A DNA stretch of 62,011 nt, filler included, from Choristocarpus tenellus KU-1152 (taxonomy: Eukaryota; Protista; Phaeophyceae): NCBI GenBank assembly GCA_964200185.2. It is 9 parts of 9 records of this genome, joined end to end, with 100 filler letters (N's around TTAATTAATTAA, not from the genome) between each part and the next. Parts side by side here need not be neighbours in the genome. Positions count along the whole stretch, not along the records: positions 22,448 to 26,158 come from CAXNAD020018371.1; positions 26,259 to 29,249 come from CAXNAD020023092.1; positions 29,350 to 49,032 come from CAXNAD020000454.1; 6 more parts are not named here. One strand, 5' to 3'. Made by a program: the position numbers and the translations under genes. Positions 23,250-35,439 of the stretch are shown in pieces. The notes below the pieces were generated by a model. That model was not told where the DNA came from. It was given only the letters and a program-made list of their open reading frames with translations, and made no database searches. Each line of letters opens with the position of its first letter. Within the stretch, counting starts at the first letter, position 1.

Positions 23250-25650
23250 CATAATTACGTAGTAACGTAGAGGGTAGGAGTACGTAGATGTCATCTCAGC
23301 TGTTGTCAATACGAACCAAGTCGTCAACAAAAAAAGTCGAAGGTTTTCGCACAGAAACACCCCCTCTTCATCATCCCCACACCTTTCTTTGTCCTTGGAA
23401 GAGCGACGGCGATAACATTGACCATTAACAAATACAAAGTCAGCGCCAGAAGCATATCCAAGTACATCACACGTGCGTAGCAGAATTACTTGCGGAGCCA
23501 AGGGTTTCGTTGCTGACTTACAGCTGAACCCCAAAGTCGTCGCTGTGCATGCAGAACGTTAGTAGGAGCTCCGATGAATTTACTGCAAGAGCAAGCAGGA
23601 GAGATGCCACCCAAGACATGGGAACGAATAGTATTTGGTTAAGGTCGAAGTTTTCATCTGCCAACAACTACATACACCCGTGGAGTGTTGTGAACCCACG
23701 TTTCCTGTCCAAAACGCTAGAGGGCGAATTGACTAAAGGGCACTAAGAAGGATTAAAGACGGAAGATCCCCCAGCTCACCTCCACCTGACCGCCATTCCC
23801 GCCTTGGGTGTCATTGTTCAAGTTGTTGGAATAGTTTAACCAGATGTCAAGACCATCCACCAACCATATTCCAGTTGATCAAAGATGAGAATCACACAGA
23901 GAACACAGATTCAAACGACGGAAGAAATGAGGTTAAATCAAAAGAGATACGGTCTTGCGCGGACATTTGGGTGGACACAAACTATGGAAGATTACAGCAC
24001 AGCTTGCTCCGCAATCATTCATATGAAAATCAACGTACAGACAAAAAATAGCTCTTTGCAAAGTACCTTGAGCATGTGAATACCGTGCTTGTCATCATCC
24101 TTGTCATTCATCTTGTGGCCCTTGTCATCGTCCTTGTCCTTTAGCTTGCGCTGATTGTTCCCATCCTTGTCCTTGTAGCCCTGGTACAGTCGCAGCAGAT
24201 CAACAACACATGGCGATTCGTCCCAGTAGCGGTATTACAGGAACGTTTGGAGTATCATCATGTCGCAGTATACTATGTTTTTAGTGATGTTCTGAGTTTT
24301 GCTACAATCATATACACCGAACATGGGTTCGTGTATGTCAGATAGGGGAATCGTCATGACTCGGTGGACTAAATGAGTGCCTATGGTGGTGAAGGCCAAG
24401 GCCTGAGAAGATTGCACGTGTTGGTGCTTTTTACGTCTATATACCCAGTCGGAGCTGTTGGTGGCGAGCTTCCTATTTGCGCGAACGTTTCGACACAGGA
24501 GAGATTGCAAATGAGAAAAAATACTGTTCGGTAGCCTTGTCTTGCTTAACACTGTGCCAAATATTGATAGAGAGAGCTACCTGCTGCAACTGTTTTGGCA
24601 TATTCAATTCCGTGAAATTTCTAACTACCAAAAATATCGAAAACACTGAACGCCCTCGCAATAAAACGCTCAGAGGCAAGGGCTCCTTACAACAACACTT
24701 TGGGAGTTAAAACAGGCCCTATGTGCATACATGCTCAACACAAACTTCCTAGATATTGATGGGTTAGAAGAAGAATACTGCACACACAGAAGTATTCTAT
24801 ACATTTTTTTGTGCTCCTTGTACAATAGTGAAGTGCCAAAGCAAGCTCACCGTCAACAGGCGATGAAGATCAGCATGGTGGTCGTCCTTACGATTTACAT
24901 CAATTCAGGCAGTTTCCAGGAGGGATAAAAGCAACGACCCAGACGGACAAGCGCAGAGTTCCGGCGAAAGGGGTCATGTTTGGTATCGGATATCACAAGA
25001 GGTACAAGGTTATATTAAGCCCATTTGTAATGGGGTTTACATGACCTCATCTTATGATCAGTTGGGCGATATTGGATATTACGTCATAACTCAGTCCTCA
25101 ATACGACCCTAGAGTACAGTCTTATCTCCTGTTACAGTATTATCGCGCCAAAAGAAGCTCACCATCAGCACACGATCGTAGTTAGCACGGTCGTAGTCCT
25201 GATGATATCCAGCAGTTTAGAGAGTTTCCACCAGAGATAGGCAACGAAATGAGCGGTGAAAGTATAGAGTTCCAGCGGTAAGTGCCACTTTTGGGGTTGG
25301 ATATCGCGAGAGGGACTCAGTGCGGAGCGTACCATTCATACAAGCAACATAACCTCCAAGCTACTATGGATTGGGGAATGATACTATACACGATACTCGG
25401 TTCTTCAGAGCACAGTCTTATCTGGTATTACAGCACTAGCAAGCATACTCACAGACAGAGCACGAGCATGGTACTTGTCGTCCTGTTCCTTTCTCTTGCG
25501 ATGCCTGTTGTCATCCTTGTCCTTCCCCTTGCGATCCTTGTCATCATTTTTCTTTCTGTTGCAGTGCCTGTCGTTATCCTTGCTCTTCCGCTTGCGGTCC
25601 TTGTCGTCGCCCTTGTCCTTATAGGCCTTGATATGGACATCAGAAAACAA
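23250..25650 (-). pseudogene. Degenerate array of duplicated exon-intron modules with K/D-rich repeats
   Basis: 24835-25140 and 25141-25440 are diverged tandem copies; minus-strand donors recur about every 300 bp; KDKDDD-type repeats at 24065-24185 and 25455-25630; in-frame stops present. Confidence 0.4.
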
Positions 25651-28373
25651 TAGGCAGTGGTCTGTTCCAATGGCGTAGTAGAGGAGGATTTAGTCTCATA
25701 CGACACACGTATGGTATCCATCCATATATGGGTTGTCAGTCTAGATGTGTTAGAAGTATTAATATTTCCCCGTATTGCAGGAAAATTAACTTCTCCAATA
25801 TTGCATATACCCCATACTATTCGATTTTCGATATATAAAAATAACAAAAGAAACAATAAGAAAAAGGTATACGTATTGGGGGTAAATCCACCACCAAAAA
25901 CATTTTTTTCTGGTATTTTCCACAATACAGTACCTACACCTATTTTATACCAAATATTATATACCAACTCTATTTTGTACCGATTTTATCGACATACTAA
26001 TAAAAATAGGTTTTTGTACCGGAATTCTCGTATTCGGGCGATTTGGTACAGAATCGGGGAGATATTCACTCGAGTTTGGCGCGCGCGCAAAAATTTCTCG
26101 CGAAAAGTGCCTTTCTTCCTGAGTCATGACCACACAGCAGTATAGTACGTTGCTGGTANNNNNNNNNNNNNNNNNNNNNNNNNNNNNNNNNNNNNNNNNN
26201 NNTTAATTAATTAANNNNNNNNNNNNNNNNNNNNNNNNNNNNNNNNNNNNNNNNNNNNCAGAACAACCATCCTCATAGTCCCGCTCCATCCTCAATTTTG
26301 CGAATCCCCTGTTTTATGGACGATGTTGATGTTAATTATTAGTGATTTGAATGGTGGTTGGGAATGTGTTTGCTGCCTTCACTTGTAAAAAATCTGCGTA
26401 TACTCCACCATCATGTTAATAATGTTCGTTTACACAATGTTGGAGAAATTTGGGTGGGCTATCTGGTGTGACTAAATCGGATACAGTAAAATAATTATGG
26501 ATGAATAGCTTTATACATTCTGCGGATCAAGTAATAATGGTAGGAATAGAAACTACTGTTTTGGTCTAGTGTCCATTCGATAAAGTCTTCGAATATCTTT
26601 TGTAGAAAGATGAATTAATTGTAGAAGGAGTATTGATTTGGTAATGAGGGAGCAGGGCTTACTCCCATGAATATACTAGAGTATAGATTTTTTATGGTTA
26701 CTTCTCTGTTCTCAGTGGGCATTGTAAAAGAAAGATGGGAATATGTAGTGATTGTAAATTGAAATTACTCTCCAGTCCCATATTCTCCTTCAGTCTTTCT
26801 TGATCATACTATGGATTGGTATTCGTTGTCTGTATCGGATACAGCAAGAGATCGAATGTTTGATAGTGGGAAAAGACCCGACAAACAATGAGTAGAGAAA
26901 TAATAGAGTAAAAACATATATTGTTCGTCCTGGGAGGTGGGCCTTTTCACCTTGCGGCACTTCCGGCGCACCCTTCGATTCACTCGTGTAAAACACCAAA
27001 ATAATTCGACTATGCTATTGTCTGCCTTGTATGCTGGTTGCTTCTTGTCCTCCCCACGATTACATCATCAGCGCATAAATCTCCCTGCAAAGTGTCAGTG
27101 GGGCATAAAATGTTGTATTATGTACTACTCAATTGTATTATTTCTGTTCACAACATAGTGTTGGAACTGGACGTAACAAAGTACTAGAGAGGAAGAGTAG
27201 GCCACGTTTGTAACAAAAACGCCTTCCTACACAGTGTTGTCGTAACAGAGCTAGCTGTATCCTACCGCCAGAAAACAGGTGATACTGCTTTGGAGTATTA
27301 ATGCTCGCACAAGTGAAGCACTTCCTAATAAGTGTCGTAAATGTGCCATATACTTGTTCTACCTTATTACTATTTGATCCATGTGAGAGACCCAGGAAAA
27401 GTGGAGGCAGCAAAGCAGGTCACATAGAGCTAGAAGAATGGAGTTATATCGTTCGAAGTTTGGAGAAGTATTTCATTAAAAATGAATACACCACTAAACA
27501 ATAAAAACAGCCGAGTTAAAGAGGAAAATAAAGCCATAAAAATTGTGCTGGGTACCAAATAGAAAGCTACACAATGATTTCAAAAAACCCCAAAAGTACA
27601 CGCAAACAAGGACCACACATCCCTCCAGATAATTGGTGGGGGAAAAAAGGCCACAGGGACCTTTGGTACTAAAACACATACGGGACTTCAATACTCAGGG
27701 ACTGAACTATCGCATACATTTCATAGAAGAAAAAAACAAAACAAAAGGTGAAGGGTTCAGTCAGATGACTCTACTCACTCTACAAAGCTAGTCAATTGCA
27801 CACAGATAGATGCACTATACAATAAAAAGTTATTTCTGATCACAAGCCGAGACCTAGAAACAAACAGCAGGCTTGGGGCTTATCTCCAACTGCAGCAGGT
27901 TGCAGTAATCCTACACTGCCTGGTCAAAGATCCTTGTAAGCACTGACTCATGAAGCAGGCTGACCAGACAGCTATCGGCTGCAGATGACGCAAATATACC
28001 TTCTGCTGACTTTAATGTGACCGGCCAGCCCAGTGCTACCACTCAACGATGCTGCACCTACCCTCTGTTCACACTACCGCGTACGCACAATCTAATCACC
28101 ATAAAAGGAGTCGACACTCCTTACATCCCCCATAAAAAATCCAACCCAAGCCTTCATTTCTCCAGCAGCGCAACTGTCGAAGGCACACATTATAGATTGG
28201 TCTCATGGTGGTTTTGCACTCTGCACTCGCATCCTGCCTCTATCGTAAGCACACATGTTCCACTGTCCAACCACAACTTGAACAATACTATCCTAACCAA
28301 AACTGCCCTAAAGGTAAAGAATACAGCTACACCAATCCGCTAGTGACGCGCACCCCAAACAACAGTTTTCTTG

Positions 28374-29071
28374 TCATGAAAAGAAATCAAGGCCTCCTTG
28401 TCCAGAGTCATCCCGATCAAAGACAATGCCATCGTCCTTCAGGTTCACCTTGGGAATAGTGAGCACAAGAGACGAGACATAAAATAAACGAGGTAAGGGC
28501 GTTATAAAATAGGCCAAGAAAGAGGTGGGTATGCCCCATCTCAAATATAGAATATATATATATATACAAGTACATACATACCTGGAAATACTTCAAAGGA
28601 GAACTATCGCATTAACAGCAATAGAAGAGGAGTGATGCAAAAAAAATCTGTGCCGTTCACACACTGATCAGTTCTCAGCAGTGTTCACACACACTGAATA
28701 CACAGCAGGCCACTTGTTGACGCATTCAAATGCAAGGTAACCACCACGACTTGGGCAGTGCTACAAAGGATATAGCTAGAGCTACAGATTCGAATCGAGC
28801 ACCACAGAGTGCTGCAGGCAAGATCAGAATGCAGTGAGGAACCGTACGAGTGCTGGCTCAAAAGTCAAATGTAGAAGAACCTCCATCTGACAAAGGGATA
28901 TGACAACCATCACTGTGTAAGCCTACATCACACCATGCCAGTTTGAAGTGTATACATATGTACATACAGATATCTTGCTGGTTTTCCTACCTTCCAGTAG
29001 TTAAAGAGAAGAAGCATGGACTCTAACAGCTCCAACCATGAGCGGCACATCATAAGATAGGCGTTTGTCTC
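28374..29071 (-). CDS. Last two exons of an unknown gene (28991-29071, 28374-28448)
   Basis: CTTCAG|...GAAG|GTAGG and CCCAAG|GTG..., phase 0: ETNAYLMMCRSWLELLESMLLLFNYWK|VNLKDDGIVFDRDDSGQGGLDFFS*. Confidence 0.5.
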
Positions 29072-29145
29072 CTGAAGGTATGGTTTGGGGGAGTGGGAGG
29101 GGGGTGTATGGGTTGTCTTGCAGTCGTAATAAAGTGGACCCTACT

Positions 29146-29249
29146 GGGTCAAAGTATCTGGGGGGGGGGGGGGTTGGCGGGGTGCGGTTTTCAGGTTTTT
29201 GGGGTGATTTGGTTGCCTGCGTCGGGTTTGGAAGGCCAGCGAAAAAAGG
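29146..29249 (+). mobile_element. MITE family B terminus at contig end
   Basis: GGGTCAAAGTATCT(G)n. Confidence 0.55.
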
Positions 29250-29349
29250 NNNNNNNNNNNNNNNNNNNNNNNNNNNNNNNNNNNNNNNNNNNNTTAATTA
29301 ATTAANNNNNNNNNNNNNNNNNNNNNNNNNNNNNNNNNNNNNNNNNNNN

Positions 29350-30090
29350 GGAAAGAGGTTATGTTCCTCAAGCAAGTGCACATGTTCATGCTACCACTTT
29401 GTAAGGATTACCCTGTATCTGTGTTCGAATATAATGATGGTGCAATCAAGATTGCTAAGAAGGCAGTATGTGGTGGTAGAACCAAGCACATGGATATTAG
29501 ATATCACTACGCACATCAGTTGGAGAGGGAAGGAAATATTGCAATTGAATATTTGTCAATAGAGTTCCAAAATGCTGATCTTGTTACTAAGGATTTGTCT
29601 AAGGAAATAGTTCAATACGCATTTCAGTGCTATCATGCGTAGAATGAAGTGGGATTGATTTCTGGGTTAAGCTATGTCCAAGAATGTTTGAGGCGTTATT
29701 TTTTTACTTGAAGTTCAAAGCAGGGGAATGTGTTAAGAATATGCTTTTTATTCATGTAGAAAAGATTCTGTAGGACAAATAATCAGTTGTTGGACTATTG
29801 TTCGATTACGGAATAATTGATAGGAAGATTTCTGCTGAGTGACCATGAGAATATTATCCAGATTAATATAGTACAAGAAGAAGACTCCTAGAAAGGGAAG
29901 GTTGTAGCAAGTGATGCAGAATGAGTGACGTGTTATTAGAATATGAATGGTAAGGTGACAAGGACCCCCTCTTTTGTTTGGGCTTGGATGTTTACTCCTT
30001 CCTTACTTCATGTACAACCTGTTCTGCACAATAAGGAATTAATCGAGTCATTTACATAGACAAGTCTTGCGAAGATCAATTTCTTCAACA
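29350..30090 (+). mobile_element. Ty1/copia LTR retrotransposon 3' end: RNase H remnant, PPT, 3' LTR (~29731-30090)
   Basis: VFEYNDGAIKIAK...GGRTKHMDIRYHY...IEYLSIEFQNADLVTKDL is the copia RNase H (DNxGA, RTKHID, ADxxTK). Purine tract AAAGCAGGGGAATG is followed by TGTTAAG ... CTTCAACA. Confidence 0.88.
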
Positions 30091-33000
30091 AGTGAAAATC
30101 TGACATACTCCATCCAATATTAAGAAATGAACAAAGAGGACACAGTGTCCCCCCCAAGTAATTTTGTCACAAAGCACATAAGCCAGTCAATCTCAAACTT
30201 CTACTGTGTCATGCCTCAGTCTTACCCTTCACATGATGGATTACTACTATGTGAGTAGTATCCTTGGTTGTCAATTGGAGTACAAAATCCCACAAAGTCA
30301 ATGGTGGAGAAACGTCTAAAGAGGAACATGACCACATGCAGCCACACTACTGGTGATGGCTGACGAGTGAGGTCCATGATGGAAGTGTCCTCACTGAAAG
30401 GTTTCTTATCTCTCCCAGTCCATGCAAGAACCAGTTTTGTCAAATTTTCTCTATATGGACGACTAAGTAGGAAGACTACTGCAGCCAATATTCACCCTTG
30501 AACTTTTGTGTCTGTTCCATTCTCTACTACAGTGTCAGAATGAATAGTACAAAACCTCTACAGATAGAGCAAACCCGTGACCATTTCTCAACCAGGTATC
30601 ATTCTTTTATCTTTTTGCTGGATTAGATTTCCATAACAGTAAGGGGTGTGAAGAGCATTGAAGAATGCACACACCCCTCTCTCTTTATGCTCTTTCAATG
30701 TCAGGTGATTTGGACCACAAGTCGTAATACCAAACAAGTTCATGCGTTGTTCAAAGTTGGAAAATGGACATCCGAATGATGAATAGGTGCTGTTGTCCGT
30801 CTGCAATCTGGTTTATCTTCGCAGAATGTAACCTGGGTATTATGCTCCTTCCATGTTCGCACCTAGGACCAAAATATTGGTAACACAAGGGTAGTGAGAT
30901 TATTTCTTGTCTGTTGAACATATTGAATTGTACCTCTTAACGCTTCATCCATCCACTCTTTAAAGAGATTTGCTGCACTGGTCCAGACATACTACCTCTT
31001 GTTGACGGGACTGTTCACTACTCTCTGACAAAAATAAGTGCATTGATCATTTAGAAAAAATCACATGGTAGCACTTACCTGTTAAAACTTTGCTCTAGAC
31101 TAGAAGAGTCAAATGGTTCACATGTACACAACACAACACTGTACACTATGTAATACCTGTAACACTCAAGACGAAAACATAATGTAGTAAGTATGCTTGT
31201 AACACTGCTTCAAAACAAACTTACACATGTTGCCATTTTATCAAAACATATCCATGACACAATTTGAACTTCTATTTCATTATGTTAGAAGAAAACATAA
31301 TGATGCTGTGGGTTAGTACTAGGTAACACTCTCCGAAGTGTTCTGATAGCGTATCATTATGTTCTATTGTGAAAAAACATAATGAGCTCCTCACATCATT
31401 CAAATTAGTACTTACGAAGGTGTATCATCATCTTCTGTATAATATTTCTATCTAGCGTTAACATATATGATCATTGTCTAGGTAGGGTGTTACAATCGCA
31501 TAATATTATATTATCATTAATTATGCTATGATATTTATTAACACATACCATTAAAACTGTAAGATATAGGTAGTGTAGGTACACATTACCCCTCATATTA
31601 TTGAGCTATGCAACTGGCATGTCTCCCTTTTCAACAATGATATTACGGCACTGTCCGCATGCTCAATGCAATAAACGGTTGCTTGCCTAGCATAATATGG
31701 TTTTCAATGTGATTAAGAAGGCGGAAACCCTTTGGGTTATCCTGGAAGAGAGATGACATGGCGTTCATTCCCATGCCCTCTACCTTGTCCAGCCAGTGTG
31801 GTGCGTGAGGTGCAAGGTCAGCAAAAGAGGAAGACACCAACCTACAGAGGAAGAACGTTCGCCACAAAAAAATACCAGAAGGGATGTGGAACAATCGATA
31901 ATGGCAAAAATAGAATGTAAGTTGGCCTGAAATTCAAAATCATGATTTTTTCTCTGCAAATTTACCTCAGTTTTTTGCACTTATTTTGTAGGTTTGCAAT
32001 TGACCCGCCATCACTTCAGCAACGTTCCAGGTACAGTACAATACACTATGAACACTCCTCTTCGCTTTGAGAGTCCACTTTGAATTTTGCTCTCAAGAAA
32101 ACCCCAACCGTAAAAGGAGAGTTTTGCTCACGATTATTAGTATTAAGAGTTTTCTCAAAATGTGAAAGTCACACATTTTACCTTGACTTTTCTTACTTTT
32201 CTATTTTTTTTTGCTTCTTCATTCCCTCACACTTCACCAATGTTCCAGGCATAGATAGCATGGTCAATGCTCGTCTCTTTTTAGGGAGCATGTTGTGATA
32301 ATATTGTTGACGTGAAAATTTGAGGTAACTATGAGATTTTCACATTTTGAAGTCGAAAATGTCGTAAAATATTAAGTGAAAAATGACCCCCAGAATTTCT
32401 CATAATATTTATTCTATTTTTGTCATCGATTCATCCACGATCCTTTTGGCGTCCTCAACAGTCCCTAAAACGTTTGACTCCAACAAATTGTGATTTTTTG
32501 TGATGAACCTTCATCCTATGAAGTTGTCTTCCTTCTTTGCTGACTGTGAACCTCTCACACCACACCTGTCGGAGGAATAAGACCAATACCACACAGGAAA
32601 TCAGGTTGAAGTAAGAAGGGTCAAGGCATCTGTGCTTGGTCAATGCTCAAATTTGTGAGACAGGTCATTTCATCAAGTTGGAAGACCTAAGTGCACATAA
32701 AGCTAAAACCTTTATTTTTGTTAGCCCCTGCCTACTAATTTCTCCAAGGATTGTTCAAAAAGATCAGTGACATGCACACCTACTCACATTTCCCTCTGAA
32801 CCTTTGACTTTCTTTTGGTGGTTGATGCTATGGTTCTCCTGAAGACTGATGGCAGGAAAATGTTTTCTTTTTTGTCTTCAGGAAGGAACTTATCATGTCG
32901 GTCGTACGTAACATGCTTGCCAAGCAGTGAGAGCGGTGTGAGTCAGAGGTAGCGGTGGCACCATTTGCTAGTGCTTCCTCCACTCTCATGGTCCATTTGT

Positions 33001-35439
33001 TAATGGGTGAATGGCTCACATTCTCCACAGGTACCTTCAACTTAACAAATCCATCTTGAGGAATAAGGAAGCATTCGCCCTTATAATACACTCTTGTCTA
33101 ACCAATGGTATCTTGTAGCTACCAGTGGCAACCGCTTTGCCAGAACCACCATTTGGGGCACTTGTGCAATATGATTGTGGTGCTGCTGCTTATGACAACA
33201 GGAATATCCAACATCTCCTCAACATCTACAGCAACAACACCGGTTCGGTGTCTGTACCAACATCATCAGTCATAGCTGAGAATGAAACCTCTAACTGCTG
33301 ATCATCAGACTTGATTGACAGTGGGTCAGTGTTTTATGGCATCCTGTTCTGTTTCAATCCTCAACCACATAATACAAAACAAAATAAAACTCACTAATGC
33401 ATATTGTGCATCATTCAATGCCATCATACAAGTTCAATTGCATAACATAATGTACTAGTAACATTTTATACTTGGTTTTAAACATGTAATATATAACCAA
33501 GTCGGCAACACCATGTAGTTAGTGTCCATAGCACTCTAGTTGAATATATACACTTCCAAACAAAGTGTAAACATTGTGCTATCAATGTGTAGTGTTTGCT
33601 GTCCACGATGTGAAGGATGATAAAATATGTAGGTGTACATGCTACAGTGGGATAAATGATCGCCATAGCAACAAATCATCAATCAAGTTTGTAAGGTATG
33701 GTATTAACTATCATAAAGCAAGAATTAGGCATAGTATGCTCAATACTAACAAGAGTACAATGAAATAATGGTGGAGTCAGTACCACCTGCTCTTTATCAT
33801 GGTACAGCAATGGTATCAGCCACAGCAATGGTATCAACCACAGCAAGCTTTTCATTCGTGATTCACCGTTTAGGTTGATATATGCATTATCTTGAACCTC
33901 CACACAATTGACAACTTTTTGTAAGGCAGGGGTGTCATTTGTTTCAATGACAAACAATTGTAGTATGTATGACATACAGTCTACAAAAATCGGTAGTACA
34001 CACATTTATGTGGCATAGCCCATGTCAGCAGGAAGAAAGTTGCACATAGGTAACGGAAAATGTCTTCCTCTACAAGGTGGTATCTATGCGCTCTGCTAGT
34101 GTGAGCAAGGGAGAAAGCACAGTCTTTGGCTGATTGTTCGCAGTAGTCATACCTGCAGGATATATGTGTAGGTAGGAGGAATCAACCTGGAACCTGAGGA
34201 TATCTATTTTAGAACTCTGTGGTAAGAGTAGACAGTACCATAAACAAATGTTTACCAACAGTTACAAAGTAGGATCGAAGGTATGTTAAGATCACTTGAA
34301 GTAGACTGTATCAACTAATATTGTGTGTACAATGCAGCTTTATAGTAAAAAAAAAGTTAGAAACCTCTTGCCCTCAACAGGAATCGATTTGAAGCAATCA
34401 TTACATCTCCGACCTTAGTGGACACTGTGGATGGACGCAGTTGTAACAGTGAACCATTTATCTGGTCGAGTGGTCCTTCACTGGGCCATTGACACCCTTC
34501 TGTAGATGCAGCTTCCTCACCAACGTGCTTGAAATCTGATGCAATTCCCATTGAGCAGTCAGTCATATGACGATGGGGTGTGGAGCCAAATGCACGTATG
34601 GGAGATTCAATGCCACCATCACTAGTTGATTGTCTCATCTTGAATCCAGCACGTAGAACATACTTGTGAGGTGATCGACCCCTGCTTGCAGCAAATGAAG
34701 CAGGGCAAGGAAGAGACACTTTAGGAGTAACACCATCAACTATAGGGGAAACTATTCTTGCTTGAGTTGAAAATGTTGGAACTAGAGAGATGACAAGGTG
34801 AGGTGTATTTTTTTTTACGCTGCTAAATTCTTATCTGACCAGAACGAACAGTGGAGACTCTGGTGATACCCTCAGAGTTGTAGTAATGAAGTGATGTGTT
34901 GCCACAGAGTGGGGAGAAGAGAGCTCATAAATGTGCAACGAAGAGATGCTTTGTGTTGCTGCTAGAAGATACCACCTGAGTTTATAGAGTATTTCAAACA
35001 GTACATACTCAAGTATTTCTCAGGTGAATTTTATTCACAACTCAATATTCTTCTGCAATATGATGTATCACCAACTCACGTCCTCCACAATATAAAAAAA
35101 AATTATGCCCTCCTCACAACTGTATCTATACTAACTCTAATGCTATGTATGGTATATTTCCACTTCCCATTGTATTACCTTAGGAAACAGCAATATGCAC
35201 AGGATGATTCAATTCTAAGGATCTAAATCCTAGAAGGGTTACAGATCACCTAGCACAACCCTTTGTACTAACCACATGCATAGGATATGGAACAAAAACA
35301 GGCAAGATTGACTTGTGATGCATGTACTATTAGACTACCACTTTGCCACTGAGCCAACCCAAGAAATAAAAAGTCTATGGCCTTGCAAGAAGACAGTCTC
35401 AAACCCCTCTACTGTGCGGGGGGGGGCATGCACAAACAC

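Noticed and set aside
24090-24180. FLAG-tag-like KDDDK peptides suggesting vector contamination
   Set aside because: No exact DYKDDDDK; part of a degenerate natural repeat with a second diverged copy.
25282-25653. 123-aa plus-strand ORF resembling a multi-pass membrane protein
   Set aside because: It is the antisense shadow of the K/D-rich minisatellite.
23250-26158. Endogenous giant-virus (phaeovirus) insertion
   Set aside because: No intronless gene-dense block and no NCLDV hallmark gene; the region shows splice donors and internal duplications instead.
26259-27000. Possible LINE reverse-transcriptase remnant on the minus strand
   Set aside because: Only vague similarity; no recognisable QG or YADD motif. 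A tBLASTn search would be needed.
28374-29071. ERO1-like string (LLES...FNYWKVNLK)
   Set aside because: It lacks the following CPFW and Cys motifs and lies at a C-terminus, whereas the ERO1 motif is N-terminal.
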